In this document: piece by piece, positions 9,149 through 18,388 of the stretch
Position numbering within the stretch: the stretch's first letter is position 1
Layout: the number at the start of each line of letters is the position of its first letter
Source of the DNA: Candidatus Komeilibacteria bacterium CG11_big_fil_rev_8_21_14_0_20_36_20
GTDB taxonomy: Bacteria; Patescibacteriota; Patescibacteriia; UBA1558; GWA2-36-10
Direction of reading: 5' to 3'
Length of the DNA: 64,000 nucleotides
Assembly (NCBI GenBank): GCA_002787405.1
Contig: PCWQ01000012.1
Span: 76,458 to 140,457, forward strand
Position numbers and translations under genes: made by a program
The notes under the pieces: generated by a model
What the model was told of the DNA's origin: nothing
The model's input: only the letters and a program-made list of their open reading frames with translations
Database searches by the model: none

Positions 9149-9354
9149 ATGTTACTCCTCTTGATAATGTTGTACAGAACTATTTAATTAAGGTAGATTT
9201 ACCATGGATTAAAAATAGTGTCAATTTGAGATTCGAGTCTCATTGGGGTGATAGGTAGAACATTTTCCTGGGTATCGCAAAAACAAGAGGTACAAAAAAG
9301 CCGTAATTATTACGGTTTTTGAATTAAATTATATTTTCTGTGGATAAAATTCCG

Positions 9355-9439
9355 TGGTACCGGAGAAGGGACTCGAACCCCCACACCCGAAGGCACTTGG
9401 TCCTAAGCCAAGCGTGTCTACCAATTCCACCACTCCGGC
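9355..9439 (-). tRNA. tRNA-Leu (TAG)
   Basis: Reverse complement is GCCGGAGTGGTGGAATTGGTAGACACGCTTGGCTTAGGACCAAG-[long variable arm]-GGGGGTTCGAGTCCCTTCTCCGGTACCA. The anticodon loop CTTAGGA gives TAG. The long variable arm is typical of Leu. CCA is encoded. Confidence 0.9.
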
Positions 9440-9590
9440 ACATATTATAATACAAGCATATCTATTTATAACTAAAATAATGCAAAAAGTCAATGATGAT
9501 TGACAAAAACAACTATCTATGATATTTTAAAAAATCCTTTAAATATTAAAAAGTTCCTTTAAAATCAACCTTAAAATTCAGGAGGGTAAT

Positions 9591-10419
9591 TTGAATAATC
9601 TAAAAATTGCAGTTGGCACCAGGTATTGGGGAAAAGCACCGGAAGAGATTGGGGTCTTAAAAAACTTCATCTCCCAAGCAACTCAAATCAGTGGTCTGGT
9701 TTTTGCTGCCATTAATGTAGCAGAAGACAAATCACAAGCTATAGAAAACCCCATAGCAGGAGCTGATATCTTTCCGGTGACCCCTTGGCAAAAATTCGTA
9801 CCCGCTTTGAATGCAATTGTATTCAGAGCTGTCCAAGATAGAAAACCCCATAGCAGGAGCTGATATCTTTCCGGTGACCCCTTGGCAAAAATTCGTACCC
9901 GCTTTGAATGCAATTGTATTCAGAGCTGTCCAAGCTGGTTATAGCCATCTGCTATTAGCTTCTTCTACGGTCTCCGTAACCAAAGAAATGGTTGAAACTT
10001 TATCCGGCTACATGGACTCTCATACATTAGTCGTCGGCGCCGCCTTAGAAGGTCATAACTTCAGCGAAACCCGCTTTATCTTCACCGCTAATGGCAAAGA
10101 AACTCCATGGAATACTTTAGCTCTGTGGAATTTGAAATATCTGTCAATCACTGGTTTTCTGCTGGCTGGAGATTCACCATGGAACACAGATAACGCTGGA
10201 GTCGAGGAGCTAACCACCATATCAGCCTTGCAAAACCTTTACAGAGTCAACGCAAAGCTGATCAATGTGCCTGGTGTAATCTGGGACACTTCCAACTGGG
10301 ATGATGACAGAAAGGCGATGCACGACAAAAAAATGGCCACAAAAATATCGCGGCCGGAGTCTCAACTTGGCTTCTCTTCTCTTCACCCTCCCTATGTCAA
10401 CCATATTAGGTTGACTTAA
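9591..10419 (+). pseudogene. Gene of unknown function (about 243 aa ancestrally) split into two frames by a 97-bp tandem duplication
   Basis: ORFs 9591-9863 and 9811-10419 share the peptide ENPIAGADIFPVTPWQKFVPALNAIVFRAVQ in different frames. The duplication length (97) is not a multiple of 3, so the frame shifts +1. Confidence 0.55.
9741..9934. repeat. Perfect tandem duplication, 2 x 97 bp
   Basis: Segment 9741-9837 is identical to 9838-9934 (atagaaaaccccatagcagg...gctgtccaag). CAAG microhomology lies at the junctions (caagct before copy 1 and caag|ct after copy 2). Confidence 0.95.
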
Positions 10420-10454
10420 AAAACATAATAGGCAAAGCAATTTCTTTGCCTATT

Positions 10455-11147
10455 TTATTTCTTTAAATAAAACTGCCTCTTTTTTTCATCAAATCTTTCA
10501 ATCGCATAACGTAGCATAGTGCGTGGCATTTTCTGATAATGTTTTTTTAAAAATCTTTCTTCGGTCGGCTGATCCCGCTTACCCACTTCGCGCAACATCC
10601 ATCCCACGGCTTTGTGAATCAAATCATGCTCATCATTTAAAAGTATTCCCGCGATTTTTAAAGTGTCTTTAAATTGATTTTGGCTGATAAAATAAGCCGT
10701 GGACAAAATTGCAATGCGGCGCTCCCAAAGATTTTTTGAGCGAACTAATTTATATAGAATCTTTCTATTCTTATTAAAAAAATAATGGCCCAAAATTTTA
10801 TGAGACGACAGATCAACCAGATCCCAATTATTAATATTTTTAGTATTCTTCAAATAAAAATCAACGATCTTCTTCCTAAGATTTTCATACTTATTATACT
10901 GCCCAACCAAAATCAGCAAAGCCACTAGACGATATTCATGGATTTTATAAGATAGCAGTTTTTGCAAATCAACTAAACTCAAATTTAAATAATCTTTGGC
11001 TACTTGGCGCTGCTGAGGCACGCTAATGCCTAAAAAGACATCTCCTTCGCCGTATTCGCCTTTGCCGGTCTTAAAAAAACCAGACAAGAGCTTGGCTTTG
11101 GCTGGATTCTTTAATTCTTCTAAATCTTTTTTAATTTCATTTATCAT
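10455..11147 (-). CDS. DNA alkylation repair enzyme (AlkC/AlkD-like HEAT-repeat glycosylase family)
   Basis: The family hallmark GEYGEGDVFLGISVPQQRQVAK is present. WERR and GWMLRE motifs are present. Length is about 230 aa. Confidence 0.7.
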   Translation of the reverse strand: MINEIKKDLEELKNPAKAKLLSGFFKTGKGEYGEGDVFLGISVPQQRQVAKDYLNLSLVDLQKLLSYKIHEYRLVALLILVGQYNKYENLRKKIVDFYLKNTKNINNWDLVDLSSHKILGHYFFNKNRKILYKLVRSKNLWERRIAILSTAYFISQNQFKDTLKIAGILLNDEHDLIHKAVGWMLREVGKRDQPTEERFLKKHYQKMPRTMLRYAIERFDEKKRQFYLKK

Positions 11148-11238
11148 GGTTTAATTTTAGCGGAAATAAATAATTTAGACAAATATAAATCCCGCCGAGT
11201 TGAACCCAACGGGATTATATGTTTGGGGTAATTCTGCT

Positions 11239-12399
11239 TTAGGCAGCTAAAGCAGAATCGCCAACAACAAAAGCATAAATACCTATGCTTAAGCCTGCCC
11301 CAAAAGTGACTACTAAGACAATGTCTCCTTTTTTTATAGTTCCATTAGCTAGGCCTCTAGAAATTAACGAACCAGTGCTGGCTCCAGAGGCATTTCCAAT
11401 AACATCCACATTTCTGTGAAATAAGATAATGTATTTATCATCTTGATCCTTATTTTTACGTTCTGTTATAAGCTGCTTAATCTTGCTGAAACTGAAATTA
11501 CTAAACGCCTCAAGAAATTTCACATTTTCCCACTGTTTTAGTAATTTGTCCATCAAGAGTTTCAATGTTTTCCCACTTGGTTGGTGGGAAATAAGGTGCT
11601 TAATGAACATCGGATCAATGCCTGCTTTTTCAAGTGCCGCAACTAATGCGTTAACCACTTCTCTGCCTACAAACTTATGTACTTTCTCGCCTACTTGTTG
11701 AAAACCAGTAGCTGCTTTAATAATAGCCTCAATATTGCCATCATAAGGTAGAGATTGAAAATCAAAAAAAAGAAAATCATCTTTATCAGCAGCGCTAAGT
11801 AATACTGCAAAGGCGGCATCACCAAACAAATTGGCTCCAAAATAATTATCAGCAGTTGTCAAGGTATTAGCTTTCTCGGCACATACTACCAAGACTTTCT
11901 TGCAAGCACCACTGCGAATTAAACTCCATCCTTGAAAAATAGCACTAGCGCCAACTGTACAGGCTTCAGTAGTGTCGTAACACATGGCATTAGACTGGCC
12001 ACCTAAATTTAATTTGATATGATCAGCTAAGCTGGGATAGCCAGGGCCAGTATTAGTGCCACCAATAATAGCATCTATATCTTCAATATTACCCTTTGCT
12101 TGTTTTAAACATTTTTTAGCAGCAATAGTACCTAATTCTGCTGTACTACCAAAAAAATATATCCGCTCCTTAATAGCTGCCTGTGCTATCCATTTTTTTA
12201 CTACTGCGTTTATTTCAGTATTAGTAAATGGTGGTTGATGTCCAAATAATTTTACCTTTGCTTCTGGAGGCATAAGGTCTGTAATAAATGTCTTTTGACT
12301 AATACTAGTAAAAAGATCACTGTCTTTTTTTTCAGTATTCGCCCACGAAACAACCTTACAAGGAACACCAGATTTAAGATTAGATACTTTACAAAACAT
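11239..12399 (-). CDS. 3-oxoacyl-ACP synthase III (FabH)-like / thiolase-fold condensing enzyme
   Basis: A Cys-His-Asn catalytic triad context is present: TEACTVGASAI, ISHQPSGK and IGNASGAS. The N-terminal ~60 aa are atypical, so the true start may be internal. Confidence 0.6.
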   Translation of the reverse strand: MFCKVSNLKSGVPCKVVSWANTEKKDSDLFTSISQKTFITDLMPPEAKVKLFGHQPPFTNTEINAVVKKWIAQAAIKERIYFFGSTAELGTIAAKKCLKQAKGNIEDIDAIIGGTNTGPGYPSLADHIKLNLGGQSNAMCYDTTEACTVGASAIFQGWSLIRSGACKKVLVVCAEKANTLTTADNYFGANLFGDAAFAVLLSAADKDDFLFFDFQSLPYDGNIEAIIKAATGFQQVGEKVHKFVGREVVNALVAALEKAGIDPMFIKHLISHQPSGKTLKLLMDKLLKQWENVKFLEAFSNFSFSKIKQLITERKNKDQDDKYIILFHRNVDVIGNASGASTGSLISRGLANGTIKKGDIVLVVTFGAGLSIGIYAFVVGDSALAA

Positions 12400-12489
12400 A
12401 ATTGTGTCCTCCTTTCAGGTTTATGTTTGATGTAATGTACAATGAAATTCAACTTGATTATGGCTAAAGAAAGAAATTTTGTCAACAAA

Positions 12490-15201
12490 CTAAACCCTCT
12501 GTTTACTTTTTTTTATTTTTACAAAATAAATCACCCCTATAATAATTCCGCCGATAATAATAAACAATAAAATATTCTTTACTTGCTTTTGGCGAGTTGG
12601 GCTGGCTACTTGATTAGTAGAAGTAGAAATATTATTATCAATATTTCCATATTCTTCATTGGTCATGGCTAGGCCTAAAACTTGAGCTACTAATAAATCT
12701 TCTTTTTGCAAAGGCAGTAATTTAAAACCGCTGTCTGTTTCTGTTAAAATTCCGCTAACAATAATTTCAGCACCTTTTTTTATTTCTAAATCTTTAATAT
12801 CAAAATCTGCATAAACTCTAATTTTCGATTCTTCATTTTCACTAGTTGCTAAATAAATATTCTTACCGCTTTTTTTAACTACTGTGCCCTGTAGAGTTAC
12901 AAATCCGCCTAGCAAATCATCTTCTAAATCTTCAACATTAATAGTTTCCGGTAAATCTAAAGCTAAAGCTAAATTATTGACAATAATATCTTCCTGCGTT
13001 TTTATTTTCACTCGCGGTAAAAATCCAGTCTGAGAAATTTGACCTCTGACATCTATTAGATCACCTTTTCTAATGTCGGGAAAATCTTTTTTTGAAAAAT
13101 AAATTTCCGCTACTTGATCATAATAGATTTCTTCCTGATCCCAATCAGTAATATAAAAACTGCGGGCTGATGATGCTACATCTTCTAGAGCAACACCTTG
13201 AATTATAACTTGATCATTTTTTTCTAGTTCTTTAATCTCGGCAATACTATAAATAATTTCTGGTTCAATTAGATTAAAATTTTCTTCTCCTGGGCTTGGT
13301 GGATTACTAACAAACCATTCACCATTTATTAAATCCCAGGCCTGCGACTGACCTTCAGGAATTTTACTATATTCCACTTCTTGCCAAATTTCTTCGGCTG
13401 GAGTAATTAGTCTAACTGAGTCTTCAGAATTATTTAAAGCCAAACCACTGTCTTGGCGATAAATTACTAAAAAATCTCCCCCTAAAATATTTTCTTCCGT
13501 AAAAATATGGGGCTTACTGCCACCATCACTATCATCAATTTGCCAACCAGCTAAACTGATATCTTTACTAGAAGCATTATATAGCTCAATCCATTCCTGA
13601 TCATCACTACCAACTGGATTAGGCATAAATTCAGAAATAATTAAATCTTGTTGTTCAAAATCAATCGGGCTAATTTTAATTTCTTCGTCTTCTTTTATCT
13701 CTTGAATATTAATTAATAATTCTGCCTCGTCTTCAAGCCCTTCAATATCTTTAACTGTTAAAATTACCAAATAATTACCAACTGCTGCATAGCTATGCTC
13801 TTCGGTTTGATCATTTCCTGTTTTTCCGTCGCCAAAATCCCAATGATATTCTAGCTCTTCCTCTTCAGGATCAAAAGAATCTTCAGCGGAAAAAATTATT
13901 TTCTCATCAATATATAAATCATCTGATTTTAAAGTTATTTTTGCTTGGGGCGGCTGATTAATCACAAAAACATTATTTTCACCGGGCGTAGGTATGGTGG
14001 TCCATAGAAAATTATTATCCTGCCGAGCATAGCTTTTATCTTCTAGGGCAGTCTCTTCATAAATTATTTGCTCTAATAATTCTTGATTGGGATTAAATAA
14101 TTTCACACTGTCTCCGCCGGTATTATTTAGTGAAATTCCAGTGATTTCTTTGCCTAAAACTAAATATTCTTGAGCTTCTAAAATTAAATCTAAACCATCA
14201 TCTTCGCTTAAAGTAAAAACTCGGGCAGAATTATCCTGCAACTGAAAGCCAACTAAATCTACGGTTTCGGGACCAAGATTATATAATTCAATCCACTCTT
14301 CGTCATCACTGCCGGCTGGATTTGGTAAAAATTCTGAAACAATAATCTGCGGCCAATAATCACTCATTAGATCTTCTGGTTCTAAAACTTCTACTAAACA
14401 AAAAACTATGTCTTCAAGCTCGCCATTAGATACAGTTAAGCTAATATTATAATTATTAATTTCCGTAAAAGCATGAGTAGCAATAGTCGAAGTACTGGTT
14501 TGGCCATCGCTAAAATCCCATAAAAAACTTAAAAGTAAATTTTGAGGATCAGTAGAATTACTAGCATCAAAATTCCCTTCTTCGTCAACAAATAAAGTCT
14601 GCGGACAATTAGCCACTGCCTGGGGCGGTAAAATTTCTGGCTCTTCAATAATACTATTGGGCAACCCAGGTGTGCCTCCCTCTATACCACTTTCTTGCCA
14701 ATTATTTTCTTCACTGTTTTGGTTAAGTTCAATTTTTTCCAAACTAAAACTATTGCCATTTGCTCCCCAAGCTGACTCATAATTAGCCAAAACCGGATAA
14801 GTGCTACCGCTGTCAAAGCTCAAGGAAATAGTTGAACTGGAATTTGATAAATTAATTACTGTATCAAAAAGCGTGCCACTAAAATCTGGATAGTCTAATA
14901 AAAATTGTTCCGCATCATCTGCTAAAACAAAAAATTCCTCTACGGCAATAGTAGTAGTACCCTGAAATAAATTTAAGCTGTGATTAGAGCCATCAAAAAA
15001 TCTCCACTCTTCTTCATTGACTAAAATATTTTCTAAGCTAGAATTATAAACTTCAATCCACTCGTGATCAGCGTCTGAACCAGGCCAGTCATACATGATT
15101 TCAGAAATCACTAAATCTGTTTCACTGGCTTTTAAATAGTCTGTTTCTAAAAAACAAAAAATTACTAAAAAGAAAAATAAATAAAAAATCGCTTTTCTCA
15201 T
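12490..15201 (-). CDS. Large secreted protein anchored to the surface, with three lamin-tail domains and PKD-like repeats
   Basis: A signal peptide is present. LTD motifs are VISEIMYDWPGSDADHEWIEVYN, VSEFLPNPAGSDDEEWIELYN and ISEFMPNPVGSDDQEWIELYN. PKD-like motifs are WDFSDGQTS and WDFGDGKTG. A C-terminal TM anchor is followed by basic residues. Confidence 0.75.
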   Translation of the reverse strand: MRKAIFYLFFFLVIFCFLETDYLKASETDLVISEIMYDWPGSDADHEWIEVYNSSLENILVNEEEWRFFDGSNHSLNLFQGTTTIAVEEFFVLADDAEQFLLDYPDFSGTLFDTVINLSNSSSTISLSFDSGSTYPVLANYESAWGANGNSFSLEKIELNQNSEENNWQESGIEGGTPGLPNSIIEEPEILPPQAVANCPQTLFVDEEGNFDASNSTDPQNLLLSFLWDFSDGQTSTSTIATHAFTEINNYNISLTVSNGELEDIVFCLVEVLEPEDLMSDYWPQIIVSEFLPNPAGSDDEEWIELYNLGPETVDLVGFQLQDNSARVFTLSEDDGLDLILEAQEYLVLGKEITGISLNNTGGDSVKLFNPNQELLEQIIYEETALEDKSYARQDNNFLWTTIPTPGENNVFVINQPPQAKITLKSDDLYIDEKIIFSAEDSFDPEEEELEYHWDFGDGKTGNDQTEEHSYAAVGNYLVILTVKDIEGLEDEAELLINIQEIKEDEEIKISPIDFEQQDLIISEFMPNPVGSDDQEWIELYNASSKDISLAGWQIDDSDGGSKPHIFTEENILGGDFLVIYRQDSGLALNNSEDSVRLITPAEEIWQEVEYSKIPEGQSQAWDLINGEWFVSNPPSPGEENFNLIEPEIIYSIAEIKELEKNDQVIIQGVALEDVASSARSFYITDWDQEEIYYDQVAEIYFSKKDFPDIRKGDLIDVRGQISQTGFLPRVKIKTQEDIIVNNLALALDLPETINVEDLEDDLLGGFVTLQGTVVKKSGKNIYLATSENEESKIRVYADFDIKDLEIKKGAEIIVSGILTETDSGFKLLPLQKEDLLVAQVLGLAMTNEEYGNIDNNISTSTNQVASPTRQKQVKNILLFIIIGGIIIGVIYFVKIKKSKQRV

Positions 15202-15283
15202 CTTGTTAAATTACCTTATAAATTACTGCCTTAGGAAAGGTTTAGAGATACAGGCGAACTCTAAACCTTGTCTAAAACAACAA

Positions 15284-15694
15284 TTAATTTTCCTCTTCTA
15301 TTTGAATTTCTTCTACATCAACGTCCTCTTTGGCGGTTTCATCGCCTTTGACTTCTTTTCTGTTTTTGCCGCCAAGCATAATCAAATCAGAAGCCACAAC
15401 TTCAGTGGTGTAGCGCTTATTTTTATTCTTATCTTCCCAGGTGCGATTCTGTAAGCGTCCTTCTAGAAAAATTTTAGACCCTTTTTTCAAATAAGTGGCA
15501 ATAATCTCGGCTAACTTGCCCCAAGCCACTATTTTGTGAAAATCAGCCCGCTCTTTCTTTTCCTTGGTTTTAACATCACGCCAAGTATAATTAGTAGCCA
15601 AAGAAAATAAAGCTACTTGCTGTCCAGAAGGCAGTGTTCGGCTTTCTGGATCATTGGCTAAATTGCCAATTAGACTTACTTTGTTTAAATCCAT
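15284..15694 (-). CDS. ssb: Single-stranded DNA-binding protein
   Basis: An OB-fold pattern, VSLIGNLANDPESRTLPSG...FHKIVAWGKLAE...FLEGRLQNRTWEDK, is present. The C-terminal tail is acidic. Confidence 0.9.
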   Translation of the reverse strand: MDLNKVSLIGNLANDPESRTLPSGQQVALFSLATNYTWRDVKTKEKKERADFHKIVAWGKLAEIIATYLKKGSKIFLEGRLQNRTWEDKNKNKRYTTEVVASDLIMLGGKNRKEVKGDETAKEDVDVEEIQIEEEN

Positions 15695-15825
15695 AACTCT
15701 CGCTTTCCTTTTTCTGTTTAAAAAACAGAAATTAATACTTAATCCCTATTGACAAAAACTAATATTTCTTTTATCATAAGGGCTGAGACTAACTTTGTTA
15801 GCCTCAAAATCGCTTTTCGCAAAAA

Positions 15826-15853
15826 TCCTGCCGCAAGGCAGGGTTTTTGTTTA
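15826..15853. terminator. Bidirectional intrinsic terminator downstream of rnhB
   Basis: CCTGCCgcaaGGCAGG is followed by GTTTTTGTTT, with an A-run on the other side. Confidence 0.5.
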
Positions 15854-16040
15854 TATCTAAAATACCCGTAAAAACGGCTATTTTTGTTAATCGCTTGCTG
15901 CCTGTTTTTAGCTAATTTATTGAAAAAATACAGCATCATATATTATTTACCAGTAATCAGCTAGGAATAATTACATAGCCGTCGCTAAACTTACGGACGG
16001 CGATATATTTTCTATAACTTAGCAAATCAAAAAACAGGTG

Positions 16041-16658
16041 TCAAGGGGATAAGTTCTTCAAAAAACTTTGGCGGTGAATGCCACAACTGCCGTTTTTAAT
16101 TAAACATTGCTGATGTAATTTAGTGCCATAGCCTTTGTGCTGCTGAAAATTATATTCCGGATATTTTTGATGATAATCACACATAATGCGATCACGATAT
16201 ACTTTGGCTAGAATTGAAGCAACGGCAATTGATAAAATTTTTCGGTCTCCCCTAATGATTGACTGCCAGGGTTGGGGATGTTTAAAATTATAGACTTTAT
16301 CTAAAAGCAAATAATCTGGTTCTATTTCTAGTTTTTTTAAAGCTCTTTTAATTACTAAAATATTAGCGCGGCTAATGCCAAGCTGATCAATTTCACGATG
16401 GCTGACCAAACCGGCTGACCAAATAACTTTTTGGCTTAATTCTGCAAAAATTTTTTCGCGATTTTTTTCAGAAAGTAATTTAGAATCTTTTATTTTTATT
16501 TTAAAAATTTGATAAGGTATTTTTTGAGATATTATCATTGAAGCAACTGCTACAATTGGGCCAGCCAAAGCTCCGCGGCCAACTTCATCAATACCAACAA
16601 TCTTTTGATAACCTTGCTTGATTAATTTTCTTTCTAAATTATAGTTTGGCTGTCTCAT
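16041..16658 (-). CDS. rnhB: Ribonuclease HII
   Basis: GIDEVGRGALAGPIVAVA carries the catalytic D-E. The conserved motifs DSKLLSEKNRE and AASILAK-like are present. Confidence 0.9.
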   Translation of the reverse strand: MRQPNYNLERKLIKQGYQKIVGIDEVGRGALAGPIVAVASMIISQKIPYQIFKIKIKDSKLLSEKNREKIFAELSQKVIWSAGLVSHREIDQLGISRANILVIKRALKKLEIEPDYLLLDKVYNFKHPQPWQSIIRGDRKILSIAVASILAKVYRDRIMCDYHQKYPEYNFQQHKGYGTKLHQQCLIKNGSCGIHRQSFLKNLSP

Positions 16659-16788
16659 GGCTTTATTATAGTAAATTTAGCCTCAAATTAAAAACCGTCT
16701 TAACAAAAAACTAGAGGTTGATCAATATTTAAAAATAATGCTATACTGCCAGAATCATATTTGATCTTTTTTAAACTAAGGAGAATTT

Positions 16789-17109
16789 ATGTCATTTGGC
16801 CTGATTTATATCCTTGGGTGGTTTGTAATTTTCGGTCTTATATTCTCTGATCCCTTTTGCATATTACTGGTAATAATTACTTTGCTTCTCTGGCGATTAA
16901 GACAAAGCATGGAAAACAACCTCCAATATAAAAAAGCTCCAACAAAGCCCCTTTGTTGTCCTCAATGTGGTTCCCGAGACTATTCTGGAAAAAAAAAGAG
17001 TTTTGGCTTTACCAATCAATATGATACCAGAGGGATTAATTGGTTGTATCGCTATCAGTGTAATCGGTGTAGCAAAAAATGGCTCCGGATAAATATAAGA
17101 AGACAATAA
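16789..17109 (+). CDS. Small membrane protein with a C-terminal zinc ribbon
   Basis: Two N-terminal TM helices are present, followed by CCPQCGS...CNRCSKKW. A good SD (AAGGAG) precedes the ATG. Confidence 0.45.
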   Translation: MSFGLIYILGWFVIFGLIFSDPFCILLVIITLLLWRLRQSMENNLQYKKAPTKPLCCPQCGSRDYSGKKKSFGFTNQYDTRGINWLYRYQCNRCSKKWLRINIRRQ

Positions 17110-17157
17110 AACGCGTGGTTAAAACAACCATGCGTTTTAAAATTTGTTTTAAATTTT

Positions 17158-18378
17158 TTATTTAGTAGCTTTGGCAATTCTTTCTAAGGCGGTAATAAAA
17201 GCAGCTGTTCTTAAATCAACTTTATATTTTTCAGCAGTTTGCCAAACGACTTGCCAAGCAGTAATCATTTTTTCTTTTAACTTCTGATTTACCTCCTCTT
17301 CGCTTAAATATTTATCTTCCAAGTTTTGTTTCCACTCAAAATAGGAAACTGTCACTCCGCCGGCATTAGCGAGCACATCCGGAATATCGACAATGCCCTT
17401 CTGCTGTAAAATTTGGTCGGCTCCAGGAGTAACCGGACCATTGGCTAATTCTAAAATAATTTTAGCTTTGATGTCATTAACATTGTCTGCGGTAATTTGA
17501 TTTTCCAAAGCAGCCGGAATAACGATATCAACATCCAAAGCAAAAAAATCTTCAATGGAAATTTCTTTAGAACCCGCAAAGCCTTGTAAGGCCTTGTTTT
17601 GCTTTTTGTATTCTATAACTTTATCAATATCAAAACCAATTGGATTATAAATCACGGATTTAGAATCAGCTAAAGCGATTATTTTATAACCAGCTTGAAA
17701 TAATAATTCCGCCATCACACTGCCAGCATTACCAAACCCCTGAATAGCGACCGTTAAATTTTCTGGCTTTAAGTTTAATTGTTTAATGGCTTCTGTTAAA
17801 ACATAAAAACCACCTTTGGCCGTGGCTTTATCTCGGCCTTGAGAGCCCCCTTGGTCTAAGGGCTTACCAGTAACTACCCCTAAAGTTTTCTGACCGACTA
17901 ATTTAGAATATTCGTCCGCCATCCAAGCCATAATCTGCGGATTAGTATAAACATCAGGGGCCGGAATATCTTTATCTGGTCCAATAATATTTTGAAAAGC
18001 TCGTACCCAGGCTCGCGATAATTGTTCAATTTCCAACTGGCTTAAAATTTTAGGATCAACCACCACGCCGCCTTTAGCGCCACCCAGAGGAATATCCACA
18101 ACCGCACATTTAATGGCCATCCACAAACTTAAAGCCTTTACCTCGTCCAAATTAACTTCGTGATGAAAACGAATACCACCTTTATACGGGCCTCTGGAAT
18201 TATCATACTGCACTCGATAAGCTAAAAATTTCTTTTCTTGACCATTATCCATCTGAACTGATAAATCGGCCTGGGCTATTTTGTCTGGCTGATTTAATTT
18301 TTTTAATATTTTTTTATCTAGATTAATGATCTCGGCAGCTGTTGTCAGCTGCTTTAAAGCATTTTGATAAGCATTCAT
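17158..18378 (-). CDS. gdhA: Glu/Leu/Phe/Val dehydrogenase family enzyme, probably NAD(P)-glutamate dehydrogenase
   Basis: The family active-site region KGGIRFHHEVNLDEVKALSLWMAIKCAVVDIPLGGAKGG is present. A Rossmann motif GFGNAG is present. Confidence 0.85.
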   Translation of the reverse strand: MNAYQNALKQLTTAAEIINLDKKILKKLNQPDKIAQADLSVQMDNGQEKKFLAYRVQYDNSRGPYKGGIRFHHEVNLDEVKALSLWMAIKCAVVDIPLGGAKGGVVVDPKILSQLEIEQLSRAWVRAFQNIIGPDKDIPAPDVYTNPQIMAWMADEYSKLVGQKTLGVVTGKPLDQGGSQGRDKATAKGGFYVLTEAIKQLNLKPENLTVAIQGFGNAGSVMAELLFQAGYKIIALADSKSVIYNPIGFDIDKVIEYKKQNKALQGFAGSKEISIEDFFALDVDIVIPAALENQITADNVNDIKAKIILELANGPVTPGADQILQQKGIVDIPDVLANAGGVTVSYFEWKQNLEDKYLSEEEVNQKLKEKMITAWQVVWQTAEKYKVDLRTAAFITALERIAKATK

Positions 18379-18388
18379 ATTTTTAATT

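Noticed and set aside
15203-15454. An 83-aa plus ORF antisense to ssb. Other short antisense or overlapping ORFs of the same kind are 4834-5022, 6380-6574, 9683-9913, 10222-10440, 11483-11701, 12056-12238, 12252-12488, 15739-15939, 16897-17106, 18945-19130, 20963-21163, 22254-22463, 22716-22901, 23564-23767, 24029-24256, 26793-26987, 27499-27693, 30215-30409, 31434-31754, 43381-43593, 45216-45488, 47568-47846, 48341-48550, 48785-49012, 49961-50158, 51346-51549, 56996-57193, 57436-57663, 58322-58513 and 61691-62206.
   Set aside because: Each lies within or antisense to a better-supported gene or an intergenic terminator region, and lacks an RBS and recognisable motifs.
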